DNA of 64,000 nucleotides from Cenococcum geophilum (GCA_050273025.1 CP158635.1:6634001-6698000), one strand, 5' to 3'; positions 13,401-25,350 are shown, counted from the first letter of the stretch. The notes: generated by a model not told the origin, from the sequence alone. Translations and numbers: made by a program.

Positions 13401-16071
13401 GAATACCCTAAAAAAAGAAGTAAGGAATAACTAGAGATGGTTTATAAACAAGCATACTTCTAACCCAAGCCTCCCCTATAATAAGGGCCTTTAGGCTATA
13501 GCGAAATAGGCAAAGAAAAAGGCAGGGCGCTTAGCAGAAGACCTATACCTACCACCCCTATAAAGAGCAGGAGAATTATAGGCCATAAACGACAATAATA
13601 AGAAGGCAAAGATCCTTATAGAAAGGTTCTTCCCCTAACCAGCTCCAGCAAACCTTAGTAATATCACAGGCGAAATACTAATAACTCGCCTGCGGGTTAA
13701 CAGCGACATAATAACAGAGAAAATGGCTAGAACTATTAGCCGCCTTTTAAATAATATAGCACCAGAACTAAATAGGATTTTAAATAAGGCCCTAAAAACC
13801 TATAGGCTATTTATAGCACCTTAGCTTATAGATATAGCTAAAGCATGCTTTATTATAGGCTACTACCCACAACTTAGAAGACCTATAACAACGGTTATCC
13901 TATAAAAAGAAGGTAAAGCAAATTACTTAATCCCAGGAAGCTACCGCCCTATTACCTTAGAAAACACCCTTAGCAAGATCTTAAAAAGGGTAATAGCGGA
14001 ACACATAGCAGACACGGCAGAGGAACACGCCCTACTACCACAAAGCCAAATAGGGGCAAGAAAGAACCGCTTAATACTATTAGCACTTACGCTACTTACT
14101 GCCACCATTAAATCTGCATGGGCGATATAAAAGGACTTTATAGTATTAATGCTTAGCCTAAACATTAGTAGTGCCTATAACAATATACCCTATAAGCGTC
14201 TCCTATATATCCTTAGGGCAAAGGGCTTCCTAGAATAGATTATATAATTTATCCAAGGGTTTATAGGCTAGAAAGAAACATTACTAGTCTTTAGCGGATA
14301 CTAAAGCCCCCCTATTGTAGTTGCAACAGGAATACCACAAGGATTACCCCTCTCGCCTATACTCTTCCTTTTCTTTATAAGCAACCTACTTAACTCCTTT
14401 AAGAAAAGGGCGACCTAGGGGATAGGCTTTGTTAACGACACAAACCTAATTATATACGGGCCAATAGCTATAGAGAATTGCAGAACACTAGAGAAAGCCT
14501 ATAATACTTATATAGAATAGGCAAAATGTTATAGAGTCCAATTCTCACCAGAGAAATACCAGCTAATCTATTTTATAAGAAAACGCAACCAATCTACAGA
14601 TCTCTAGCATATAATTCGCATCTAAGGCTTTAGGGGTTAACCAGTTTAGGGCCTAAGGGTATTAGGAGTATAGGTAGACAGCAAGCTCCGGTGGAGCGCA
14701 TACGCGGCATAAGCGGCCCGTAAAGGCCAAGCATAGTTTATTGCTTTATCTAGGATTGTTAATTCTACATAGGGTCTATGCTTCTAGAGGTCACGCCTAC
14801 TATATACAGCAGTCGTCCGGCTAACCATGACATATAGATCTAGTATTTAGGCCATTGGAGAAACTAAGAAGGGCCCCCCTAAATTACTCCTTAAACCACT
14901 TTAAAAGGTCTAGACAGCCTGCCTTTAGAGTATTATAGGCGGGTATAAGCGAACGGCCACAGCACTGCTTAAGAAGGAATCTAATATTCCCCCCCTATAG
15001 TTATATATTAAAGCCGCTGCAATATAAAGGACGTAAAATAAATATAACTCTAATGTCATAAAGTATATTAAGACACGCCTAAGTAAACTATAGAAGGACT
15101 TTAGGGTGCCCTATAGGAGAATAAACTAACAACCCTAAAGTAGGGAAGAGATATTAGAGAAACAGGTAAAGAAAGCAGAAGAAAAATAGTGCCGCTTTAG
15201 GGCCCAGGCCCATATAGAGGAGGAAGGGAGACGCGTAAGAGGTTAGCAAAGATAGTAAGATAGAGAAAGGAGCTAAAGTAGAACACGTAAGAACGCCGGG
15301 AAACCATCTACCGCAATGTAATACTGGTTGGACTAACGCTAGAGAGGTAAATAGGAGTTAAAGGTATAGAGGCTGACTTAGGCAAGACGAACCTAAGCTA
15401 TAGTATGGTTAACGCCATGGGGGGTAAATACCTAAGGGCTCTAAGAAGGCCTAATAAAGGCAGAAAATATAATAGCAACACTCTTAAGAACAGGAATAAT
15501 AGGACTAAAAGATTGGCTTTACTAGGTGGGTGTCCTAGTAGGTAGCCTGAGATGCGAATATAGCTGGCCAAAACAGACACCAAAACACGTAATACTACTA
15601 TGCCCCCTACACACCAATTGAGAAATAATGCTCTTAGCAGCTGGCATAAAGAACTATAATACACTGCTCTTAATATAAAAAGGCCTTAAGGCGGTCACCC
15701 AGTGGCTTATTAGTCAAAATGTGCTAAATCAGTTCTAGGTTATAAGGGAAATGGTAATAGAAGGCAAGGGGGCAAGCAGCAGGTGCCCCCTAGTAACTCT
15801 ACAGTAGTAGAGTAATAGTTTATAATACTAGCGCGTCCGTAGGCTTGTTACGGCAGCAGTGGTTCCTAAAGAGGTTAAACAGTAAGGTAGTAGAGCACTA
15901 TAGGCAACTCGTAGGCGCTAAGTAGGCGAGTCCTAAAAGGCGGGGAGATGGATTATGGGGTTTTCTTATTTTTCTTAAATAGAGTTTTCTCCCTATATGT
16001 AAATAAGGAGTAGTCCGCGTGGGCCCAATAGGGATCCAAATCGGACGTTAAGCAATGAATTATTAATTAAT
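10482..16071 (+). mobile_element. Full-length Tad-like LINE, copy 1 (RIP-inactivated)
   Basis: 14-bp TSD tatattccctacta (10468-10481, 16072-16085). ORF1 zinc knuckles at ~11620-11770. ORF2 has an endonuclease (QYNCG, QEP, GD.NLHHP), an RT (GSYRPITLENTLSKI, GIPQG.PLSPILFLFF, GFV(D)DTN) and a C-terminal C-x-C...H...C finger at ~15553. Colinear with 47286-52855. Confidence 0.95.
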
Positions 16072-17692
16072 TATATTCCCTACTACGGCCACTATATATT
16101 TAATTAGTCTAGTTATAATTATATTAGTTAGGAATACTTAGTTAGGTAGGGTTTTTAGTATAAAACTATTAAGATTTTTATGTTTATATTATAGTACCTA
16201 TAGCGGAGCGTAGCTTAGTATATACTCCTTTAAACGTATCTATAGGTTTATATAGCGCTAAGTTGCACTTAGGAACGCTATAGTATGCTAAGATAACCTA
16301 GTCCCTTAGGCTGTTTTTATTTTAGTAAGTTTTAGTAAGGCTATATTAAATTTTCTAAAGTTTATTAAAGAGTAGTTAAAGGCACTCTAAATAAGTCTTT
16401 ATTAGGTTAGAAGTAATAACTCTTTAGAATATAGTCTCCCGCCATTTAGATATATAAAGCTAGTAATTCTTATTAGTCTTAAAGTAGGCTCTAATAAGCT
16501 AAAGCATTATATTAAAGCTATAGTTTTTACCCGTAATATAGTTATAATAGAATATTACTGCCTATCCCTTTAATATAATAGAGAAAGTATAGTAGTACTA
16601 GTGGCGTTAAATTTTAACCTTATTATAACAGTTATAGAAAACCTATAGTTTTGCTCCGAGCATATTATATAATTCTCCTCTAAACTTCTTCTCTTCGTCT
16701 AAATATACCTTTATTAGATTCGTAACTTCTTATAATAGAGGCTTATTAGTTAGCTAGAGTAAAGGAGGTAGAGGCGGAGCAACTTTAAGTAGGAGAGTAC
16801 CTCTAGGTAGGGGAGCAGCTTTAGGTAGGGGGTTAGCGTTCTAGGGGTTTTAATATAAATTAAAGTTGCCTTCTAAAGAATATAGGTTATTTTTAGGTTT
16901 CCATAGTTAACGTATAATCTTAGCTTTCGTCTATATTGGTTTATCTATACTAATAATAACAGCCTAAATATTGCTAGCAATTGGGTTACCGTTTTTAGTA
17001 ATATATACCCTATTCCTATAGAGAAAGTCTTAAAAATCCTAAATAATATTAACGTTGCTAAGTGCCTAGGTATTAGCAGTCCATCCTATAAAATCCTCTT
17101 TAAAATACTCCCATAGTTATAAGTTGGCGTAATATCTATTTTAGTAAAATATAATATAGTGTAAAAGAAAGCCGTTAACTTATTTTGCGGTATAAGTTAT
17201 TATATTAAAGGCGAATTTGTCCCAGTCTTTATTAATAAGTTTCGCGTGCTTAGCTACCCTTAGTGGTAAGGAGTCTTTCTAGTTATTTAAAGTAGGCGTA
17301 GCCATGTTTTTAGAGGGAGGGAAGTATTATTAGTATAGGGATTGTCATTTAGTACGCGTTTATAATATATATTTATTATTTAGTACACGTTTATAACGTG
17401 TATTTGCGATTATAGGGCTTAGGACTAGTTCTAGCCTTAAATCGCGAAGACTTATAAAGCGTGTTATTCTACGTAATAGACGTAAGAATCCATAATCTTA
17501 AAAAGGCTTAGGACTAGTTCTGGCCTTTAGATTCTTAGATTTATAGAAGAGTTCTATTTAAGGTTTAGGACCAGTTCTAACCTTAAAAGACAGCTTCCTC
17601 TAGCACGAGTAGCACTGGTATAGTAGCTCGTCTCTTCTTAGTGGAATACCTTGCTGTTCTATAGTATAATAGTAAAGTTAACTACTAATTAG

Positions 17693-17908
17693 TATTGGTT
17701 ATATAAGGGGATATTACGTAGCTACGGTTTGTAGATAGTATAATAATTATTCTATATTCTTCTTAAAGAAAGGGGTAAGGAACTTAAGGTTCCTTACCAC
17801 GCTAGTGCCGCGGCGGCACGTGATGGCAACTTGCCGTACGTAACGGCAACTTGCCACACGTGACGGTAATATACCTTATATGGTGACCATTTGCCCTTAT
17901 TCCCAACA
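17693..17908 (-). repeat. Copia 5' LTR
   Basis: tattgg...cccaaca, partner of 6238-6453. Confidence 0.92.
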
Positions 17909-18000
17909 TATTTAATAGCCTTAACCTTAAATTTAAAAAAAATAATAGCCCTATAAGAACTAGCATTTAATAATAAAACCCCTATAATATATACTAACTA

Positions 18001-18192
18001 TGTCACGGAACCCCACCGCAGGGGCCTCCATAGGAGAGCCCCGTGCTCTCGCGTACACCTCGCGTACAGCTTATGTCAGCTACGCGTAGGTATATCACCT
18101 CCTTACGCCCTCGACCCTTACGATCGATCGCGCAACGTCTTGTAGACTCCTCGAATACATACGTCTTGTAGCCACTGCCCCGTCCCGTGACA
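18001..18192. mobile_element. Solo LTR (192 bp)
   Basis: TGTCACGG...CCGTGACA termini, 5-bp TSD AACTA on both sides, GC-richer than the flanks. Confidence 0.9.
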
Positions 18193-18992
18193 AACTAAAA
18201 GGATATTGCCTCTTATATAAACTAGCCTTAGCTACCTATATATACTTCCTAATTAGCTAATATATTAATATATAGGCGTAAAGCTACTACACTATTAGCT
18301 CTAATATAGCTAAACTATAAATAGCTATAGATAGGTACTAAATTAGTATAATTAACGTCTATAACCTAAGAGATAATAGACTTTAGATAACTATATAGAG
18401 ACTACTATTAATATAGTTAAAGGCGAGGTAGTAATTCTAGGGGACTTTAATATATACTATATAGTATAGGGAAGATAGTAGGCTATAGTATAAGTATAGG
18501 TAATATACCTACTTAATAAACTAAAAACGTAAGGCCTTGCCCTAACTACCCTAACTAGTAAATCTACCTAAAAAAGAGGGATTTAAGAGAGTATAATTAA
18601 CCTAATATTTATATAAAAAGTACTTATAAACCAGTTAGCATTCTATAGGCTAGAAGATATATAGGCAATTACTATAGACTATATACTTATATCGATATCC
18701 TTTAATATTAACGCTATAGTATAATAAGCTCGCTAGAGAATCGCTATATAAAACTTAACTAAGAAATTTACTCCAAGAAAATTACTAATAGACTAGTAAT
18801 AATATTAAAGATAACGCTAGAGAATATCTAAAGGACTATAAGTAACTACTTAAAAGGATACTACCTAAAAGCCTAGCCTAGTAAATACGTCTAATATAGA
18901 TAGTCGCTAAAGGCGGTATAGTTATTTATAGATATAAGGAGGGTAAGATAATAGTATAGTATAATAGGTAAGGCCTACTACTACTAGAGCTA

Positions 18993-19334
18993 TGTAAGGG
19001 CGCGAAGAGGCTTCAGGGCAGATTCGAAGGAATGATATAAATTCTATCTAAATCTATGGGTATAGCTCTTGCAGAGAATAAGACGTTGCGTAAAGAAGAG
19101 AAAGGAATGACAAGAGAGTTATATATTAAATAGTCAGGGGTCTTAGTGGTCGATGCGTGCGCACGTGCGTACGCGGTCTTCGACTGACTTCGGTAGAATT
19201 CGATGGATCTGGCAGAACTTGGCAGAAGTCGATCAAGCTGGCAGAATTCGGCAGAATTTGGTCAAAGCGTCGGAATTCATCTGTCGAGTGTTTCACCGAG
19301 ACATTCCTACTGCAACTGGGCTAGTCCCGTTACA
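18993..19334. mobile_element. Solo LTR (342 bp)
   Basis: TGTAA...TTACA termini, 5-bp TSD AGCTA (18988-18992, 19335-19339). Confidence 0.9.
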
Positions 19335-20606
19335 AGCTATAAGGTCCTAAAGAATAGGCTTAAAAAGATAATATAAAAGGAGAATAGAAATAGCTAGCGC
19401 CAATTCTTAGAGAAAATTACCTTAAACCTTACTAAACTATATAACTAAGGCTTTTAGCGTATATTAAAGTGGAGTAAAAGAGCTATAGGGGAAACGCTAG
19501 GAGACCTTTACCTATTTATACTTTATTAAGTAAAATAAAACTAGTATATAAATAATAATAGGGGGAATATAAAAATACTAGTAGAGAAATTCTTTTTAGG
19601 TATATACTAAGCAGACCTATAGAATATTAGTAGTTAAGACTACCCCCTACCTCTAGAGATAAGCTAAATTGTCTTAATAAAAGAAATAAAAGACGCTATA
19701 TAGAAACTCCCTACTAGTAAAGCGGCTAAATTAAATAGGATCCTAAATAAGGCAATTAAAGCTATATTAGAAGCTATAATAATACTACTAGCTAATACTG
19801 TAGCTATCTACCTCTTTAATAGTAAGCTACTAAAATACTATAAAGCAACAACAACAGCTGTTCTATAAAAGGTAAATAAAAAGGACTACCCCCTCTCAGG
19901 GAGCTACCAACCAGCTACCCCCAAAAACACGCTAGGAAAGCTCCTAGAAAAGATAGTAGTAGAATATATAAGAGGCCGTAGAGGCGTAAGGGCTATTACT
20001 ATAGACGTAAATGGGCGTAAAAAAAAGGCGATTAACCCTCTTAGCACTCTCCCTAATTACCTCTAGCGTTTAGTAGGAAACTTGTCTCCGGATAAAGGAC
20101 AGGAGATTGGTCGAAAAGAGAATCGCTCGATGACGGAGAGGTAAAGAAGTAACAGTCGGTGGTCAGCCTAACATAGTGTGACAGCATGCCGGAAAACATG
20201 GCTTTGCAAGTGCAAAGGTGGGGCGCCTAAAAGGGGCGGTGTGAAGTTCAGAATAGAATGGATCATGGTATGGTCGATATTGTTATAGAGCTCCCATCGG
20301 GAATTGCTAATAGCGCCCTTATCTTTAATTGGAATACTTTTTGGGGATGCTAAATATCATTTTCATAAAGCTTCATCAATTAGATCGTTACTATTAGATA
20401 TCTGAGTCTTACCTGGTATTCTAGCATAGAAAATTGAATGAACGTACATGGCCACTAGTAACTCTACACGTGCTAGGTTAGCTCGACGTTTTAGCCACAA
20501 GCCCCGCGCGCGACGACAGTTCAGAAAATATCCGTCAATCTACCAGCTTTCTATTATCTAGCAAACCTATTTACATCACCAAACTGCGGTTTATCAATAT
20601 TCATAT

Positions 20607-23335
20607 ATGGCTTTTACTTCATCGACGTCTGAAACACCCGTCTTTGTCAAGCCTGGTGACCTGCGCACAGAGCTCTTCGATGATAGACCAAGTTGGGCCC
20701 AAGAATTAGCAACAACAACCGCAGAAGCCCCTTCAACGAATACTGGCCTTGAGTTTTGGGTGCATCAACAATTTTTTGACATAGGATTCAAAGCTAAGAG
20801 CGGATTCATTGGGTATAAAAAGTTGCAGAAAAAGCTGCGTGCGCTTAATCCGCAGTACGGGGGTGAAATATCTACCATAATTCAAAAGTAAGGACTTCAT
20901 CTGCTCGTTTGCTCGTTTCTGACATGATACTATATAGGCTTCGCCAGCCAGGTCATGAGCTCAGTTTCCCGGTCCCCGAATCGGTCGCAGCTACTAGAAA
21001 GCAACGCCCGCAATCACTAGGATTGACTCCTAACGTAAGAATTTCTACATCGGGTGGTTTTAAAATTCTAATAGCTCCTAGGCTAGTTTAACCCAGTCCA
21101 TTTACAACACCAATGCCCTCCAGTCCATTTCCAACAGAAATGCCGTCCAGTCCATTTACGGCAGAAATTCCGTCCAGTCCATTTCCAACACCAATGCCCT
21201 CCAGTCCATTTACGACAGTAATGCCCTCCAGTCCATTTATAACAGTAATGCCCTCCAGTCCATATATAACAGCAATGCCCTCCAGTCCATTTACAACAGC
21301 AATGCCCTCCAGTCCATTTACGATAACAATGCCGTCCAGTCCATTTACGACAACAATGCCGTCCAGTCCATTTACGACAACAATGCCGTCCAGCCTATTT
21401 ATAACAGCAATGCCGTCCAGCCTATTTATAACAGCAATGCCGTCCAGCCTATTTATAACAGCAATGCCGTCCAGCCTATTTATAACAGCAATGCCGTCCA
21501 GCCCATTTATAACAGCAATGCCGTTACCAACACCAAGGAACAGCCTACCCCATCCGGCCCTATGCAAATGAAAAGCTCAAGTGTGGTGAGTTTAACATGA
21601 GCTGCACGTTGGTATGACGGCTTAGAATTGGTTCAGGTACCACACAGTGGACAACAAGGAGTGGCTGCACGAAATCAGGGAAGCACAGTCGCCCCAAAAA
21701 CATCTAGTGAGTTGTCTAAGAACTAAGAGTGATGCAAGAACTGAAAGTCTAGCCTTACCAAGCGGTGTCAAAGACCACAGTAAAACAGAAAATTCTACAA
21801 GACATCCACAGGCATTGGCGAGCGACAAGCCGTCTTCTCGTCTCAATCATCAGCAAAATCTCTTGCTCGCTAAGAGGCCCAGTGATGATGGCGGTTACAA
21901 TGAACGCGAAGAATTTAGTTACGACATTCGTAATGCGATTCTAGTTTCTGCGAACATTGTTGAAGAAACCGACGAGAAAATCTTACCCCAATACGGCCTT
22001 CTTGGGAGCTTTCACTCCGACGACTGTCCACAATTGAAGGACCCGGGAGACGACAGAATCTTCGTCAATACGAACATCCCATTCTCGGCATTTATTTGCG
22101 GAGTTCAAGGAAGCGGAAAAAGTCATACTACCTCATGTTTACTTGGTGAAACTTACCTAGAATTACACCCATATGCCCCCCAGCTAACCCGGTTGCTTCA
22201 GAGAATTGTCTTATTCCTTCTCTAATGCTCGGGCACTTAGAGAAACCGCTATCTGCACTCGTGTTTCATTTCAGCGAGTTTACCTCCCGCACTAGCTACA
22301 ATCCTAGTGAAGCTTCGTTCCTATCCATGGCTCATTGCGACTTCCCAGACCACCCTACCGCATTCCACACAAATGTCATGGTCCCTCCGTCCAATTACTA
22401 TAACTTGAGTCAGCTCTATACTCAAATCCCGAAGGTCAATGTTCATCCGTTCAAGCTGAAGCCACATATGTTAGACGTAGGTACAATGCTCGTGCTCATG
22501 GCAGTTGACCAATCCAAAGATAAATCACTCTATATGGCGCAAGTTACCAAAATCCTGAGAGATATAGCCACGGAACGTAATGGTGACTTTGATTATCTCG
22601 ATTTCAAACGGAGATTAAGTAACCAAAAATTCGATCGAAAGCAGAGAGACTTTCTCAACCAGAGGCTTGATCTGCTGGAGTCATTCTTGGATCTAGATTC
22701 CTCATCCACCGACCTTACCTTCGGGGCTGGTGAGGTTACTATCATAGATATGTCTTGCCCTTTTGTGGATTCCAACACTGCGTGTGTTTTATTCAAGATT
22801 GCAATGAGGAAGTATCTAGAGTCAAGTGTTGCTGGAAAAATGATTGTTCTAGACGAAGCTCATAAGGTTCGCATACCTAGCATATCCTGTGTCTTACATT
22901 GCTGACAAGATTCAGTATATGATCGATACGCCTGGTGCAACGGATCTCAATGAATTTCTTCTCACGGTTATTCGCCAACAACGCCACTTTGGGGCACGTG
23001 TCATAGTGTCAACCCAAGAACCTACGATCTCTACTCAACTGATCGATTTATGTGCGATTACCGTCATTCATCGCTTCACGAGTCCTGATTGGTTTCGGGC
23101 ACTGAAGACGCACATATCAATCTCCTCCAGCAGCACTGAAGATGAGAAGGACGAGAAATACCTATTCCGAAAGATCGTCAACCTCCGTACCGGCGAGGCA
23201 CTGATATATGCACCCACGGCGGTGCTGGGGAAAGATCTTACCGGCAAACCGACCAAGGCTACAGAGGAGCTCCTAAAGGTGAGCATACGCAAGAGAGTCA
23301 CTTGGGATGGAGGCCAGTCTATAGTATGCGTGTAG
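20607..23335 (+). CDS. Spliced gene: unknown N-terminal domain, 16x 9-aa N/Q-rich repeat, and HerA/FtsK-like P-loop ATPase
   Basis: Proposed exons: 20607-20887, 20938-21034, 21082-21585, 21637-21706, 21753-22146, 22202-22866, 22916-23335, joined in frame by GT-AG introns. Motifs: Walker A GVQGSGKS, Walker B IVLDEAHK, R-finger RQQRHFG, VIVSTQEP. The ATPase part is firm; fusion to the 5' exons is inferred from splice phases. Confidence 0.75.
21094..21525 (+). repeat. Coding minisatellite, 16 x 27 bp
   Basis: Unit cag tcc att tac aac agc aat gcc (c/g)tc with variants; 16 contiguous units counted. Confidence 0.95.
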
Positions 23336-23352
23336 GATAAGGGCTATATAGT

Positions 23353-24365
23353 AGTAGTTCTTTGATTAACGTCTGATACGGATCCTATCTAGGCCCACGC
23401 AGACTACTCCGTCACAGGGGGAAAACTTGTGTATTTACAGGAAGAAAACCCTGCAGTTGGGTTGGGGGAGGAAAAACCCTATGAGCCACCTCAGTAGGAT
23501 GAAAAACCCCGATTTGCCATGTCCGTCCGTAGCAGCGGCCCTACGGGTCTACGGCTACGTCCTGTCCCCCTTGGATGTTTTAAACTCCTTGGGAACTACT
23601 GCTTCCTTCTCTAGCTTATCCTAAGCTGGGGTTCACTACGTCCCAGCCAGGCCTTGCCGATCAATCACCGTGTCTTATTGTTATTTCCCATATTTTGACT
23701 GTCCCCTATATGCTATATCTTGCTGACCATTACCATATACGCCATGCCTCCCCCCCCCTAAGGTCTATTGAAGGCGTAAGGGGGATTTATTTATAAACTA
23801 CTATTATACCAAAAGGCGAGCGGGACGTGTGTGTGTGTGCCTGGGTATCTTTTATACCTAGGCCCTAGTTGCTAGGCCCTCGCTAAGGGTCACCACTCCT
23901 TAAGAGGAGACAGGAAAACCGTACGGTATTGTCCAGGCTGCCAGGTAGTATTTGATAGTTGATGGCAAGTGACCGCATGCTCCGCGGGCGATCGCCCTAG
24001 GGGTTGGGAGGGGCCGTATACTTACTCGTTGCTCGTTCGCAATCGCTCGTTCGTCGATATAAGGTCGTCGATGCTTTCAATTAAGGGTTGGGGGACGTTG
24101 GATTCTGTATGTATCCGTAAGGATTACACAGGGTTGGAATAGGAGAACATAGCAGTAGTCTACTAAGAAGGGGGTACCGTTAGTAGTGGTTTTCGAGATC
24201 TCACCATCCCATGTGAAAACTTTTCACTACCCCCCACAACGTTTCGACAACCACCAGGTCCTACCCGCAGCTGTGCGACGTCTCTGCGTTGGCTCTACTG
24301 AGTCCGAAGACCAGTAGGTTCGTAGGCCTCACCACGTACAGGTGCAGAGTCCGATTTCGAGGACC
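23353..24365 (-). mobile_element. ~1 kb non-autonomous, LINE-mobilised (SINE-like) retroelement
   Basis: 17-bp TSD gataagggctatatagt (23336-23352, 24366-24382). The minus-strand 3' end ggagtagtctgcgtgggcc...ggatccgtatcagacgttaatcaaagaactact matches the 3' tails of the LINEs. No recognisable coding region. Confidence 0.85.
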
Positions 24366-24449
24366 GATAAGGGCTATATAGTTGCTACAAGTACGATACA
24401 ATCTTGTCGAAGAGGCAGATTCTAGAAATGACTATAATCTTACAACATG

Positions 24450-25350
24450 AAAGTCTATGAAGATGGCGCGAGGAGGGAGGTGCTTTTGGAAACAGAAAAC
24501 AAAGTTATAAACATTGTCCAATAGAAAGCTCATTAATAGTCCTGTAACAGCAGTTAGGGCCACCTCATGCACAGTACCAAAATACGCCTTTTTAAAATAT
24601 ATCTTAACAAACATAATGGCTATTTATACAAAAATTTAAATAGGGCCTATTAAATAGTGAATAAAGCTTTTTATAAAACAAAAAAAAAAGTATAATATAA
24701 AAGTATTATATAAAGTATAATTTTTATACAAACATCTATTATGGTTATTAAGATATAAGTATTTTAAAAGGATGTGCTTTGGGCTAACTCGCTTACATTT
24801 ACTACTTTCTATAATAGAGTAGTGTTAAAGAATAGTAATAAAATGCGTACAAACTGGGAGGACTACTGTCGACCTGAATCGGGATTCCTTACCACCATCG
24901 AACTACTGTCTGGCGACCTAGATCGTCTTTACGTACTATGTCTCTTAACTTATGACTAAATGTCTTATCGAATGTCTCATTACCTATTTTCTATTACCTA
25001 TTTGACTTAGTTGCCTGGACCTACCTAATCTATATAGAGAGTTTCTAGAGCCATATTCAATAGACAGAGTCCTTATCCTGTATTGTCCGTTCAACAACTA
25101 CTATTAAGTATAGCCCATGGACTTAGTAGTAACGCCTAGCTAGTAACATCCGTAGACTTACCTAATCCTTAGAGATAGTAGGACAGCCATTAAGTTATAA
25201 ACTCTATAGCAGGCTTTACAGTAGGCTCTGTAGCAAGTTCTACCGTAGGAGAAGAGTATATAATTAAAAGATTATATCTAGATTAGGTTACGGCCTACGG
25301 ATAAGATAGCTAAAGCCAAGAAAAAGAATAAATCGTCTAATCCTTAGAAA
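24450..25350. repeat. Unclassified AT-rich, RIP-like repeat debris
   Basis: TpA-rich, stop-rich, no recognisable motifs or termini. Confidence 0.4.

Larger units (their letters stand above)
6238..17908 (-). mobile_element. Full-length Ty1/Copia LTR retrotransposon (RIP-inactivated), interrupted by a LINE
   Basis: Two 216-bp LTRs (6238-6453, 17693-17908) and a 5-bp TSD TATTT (6233-6237, 17909-17913). Minus-strand de-RIPed motifs include ELRQLH..FG (GAG-pre-integrase), DITQAY and DPCLLIT (Copia RT), in integrase-before-RT order. Confidence 0.92.
6100..20070 (+). mobile_element. Older Tad-like LINE fragment (ORF2 endonuclease to N-terminal RT), split by a Copia insertion; own sequence is ~6100-6237 plus ~17914-20070
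   Basis: gtataatataactacggacac (V-Q-Y-N-C-G-H, endonuclease start) lies left of the Copia. It continues to the right with IIALQEP-, GDFN-H-, SIIDL- and later GSY.P..L.NTLGKLLEK-like motifs. Heavily RIP-mutated and 3'-truncated; boundaries approximate. Confidence 0.7.

Noticed and set aside
10523..15664. Short minus-strand ORFs inside the LINE copies
   Set aside because: Chance open frames in RIP-mutated transposon sequence.
21094..21525. CRISPR-like array
   Set aside because: Contiguous tandem units without unique spacers, in eukaryotic DNA with no cas genes.
21113..21571. ORF-track proteins MPSSPF-repeat (+) and GLDGIAVIN-repeat (-)
   Set aside because: These are alternative readings of the same minisatellite. 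The SSPF frame has no in-phase acceptor and stops before the next donor, while the third (N/Q) frame fits the splice phases.
24235..24365. Firm call of an HDV-like or hammerhead ribozyme
   Set aside because: The L3 UCC/P1.1 residues are missing and there is no CUGANGA core, so it is kept only as an unclassified structure.
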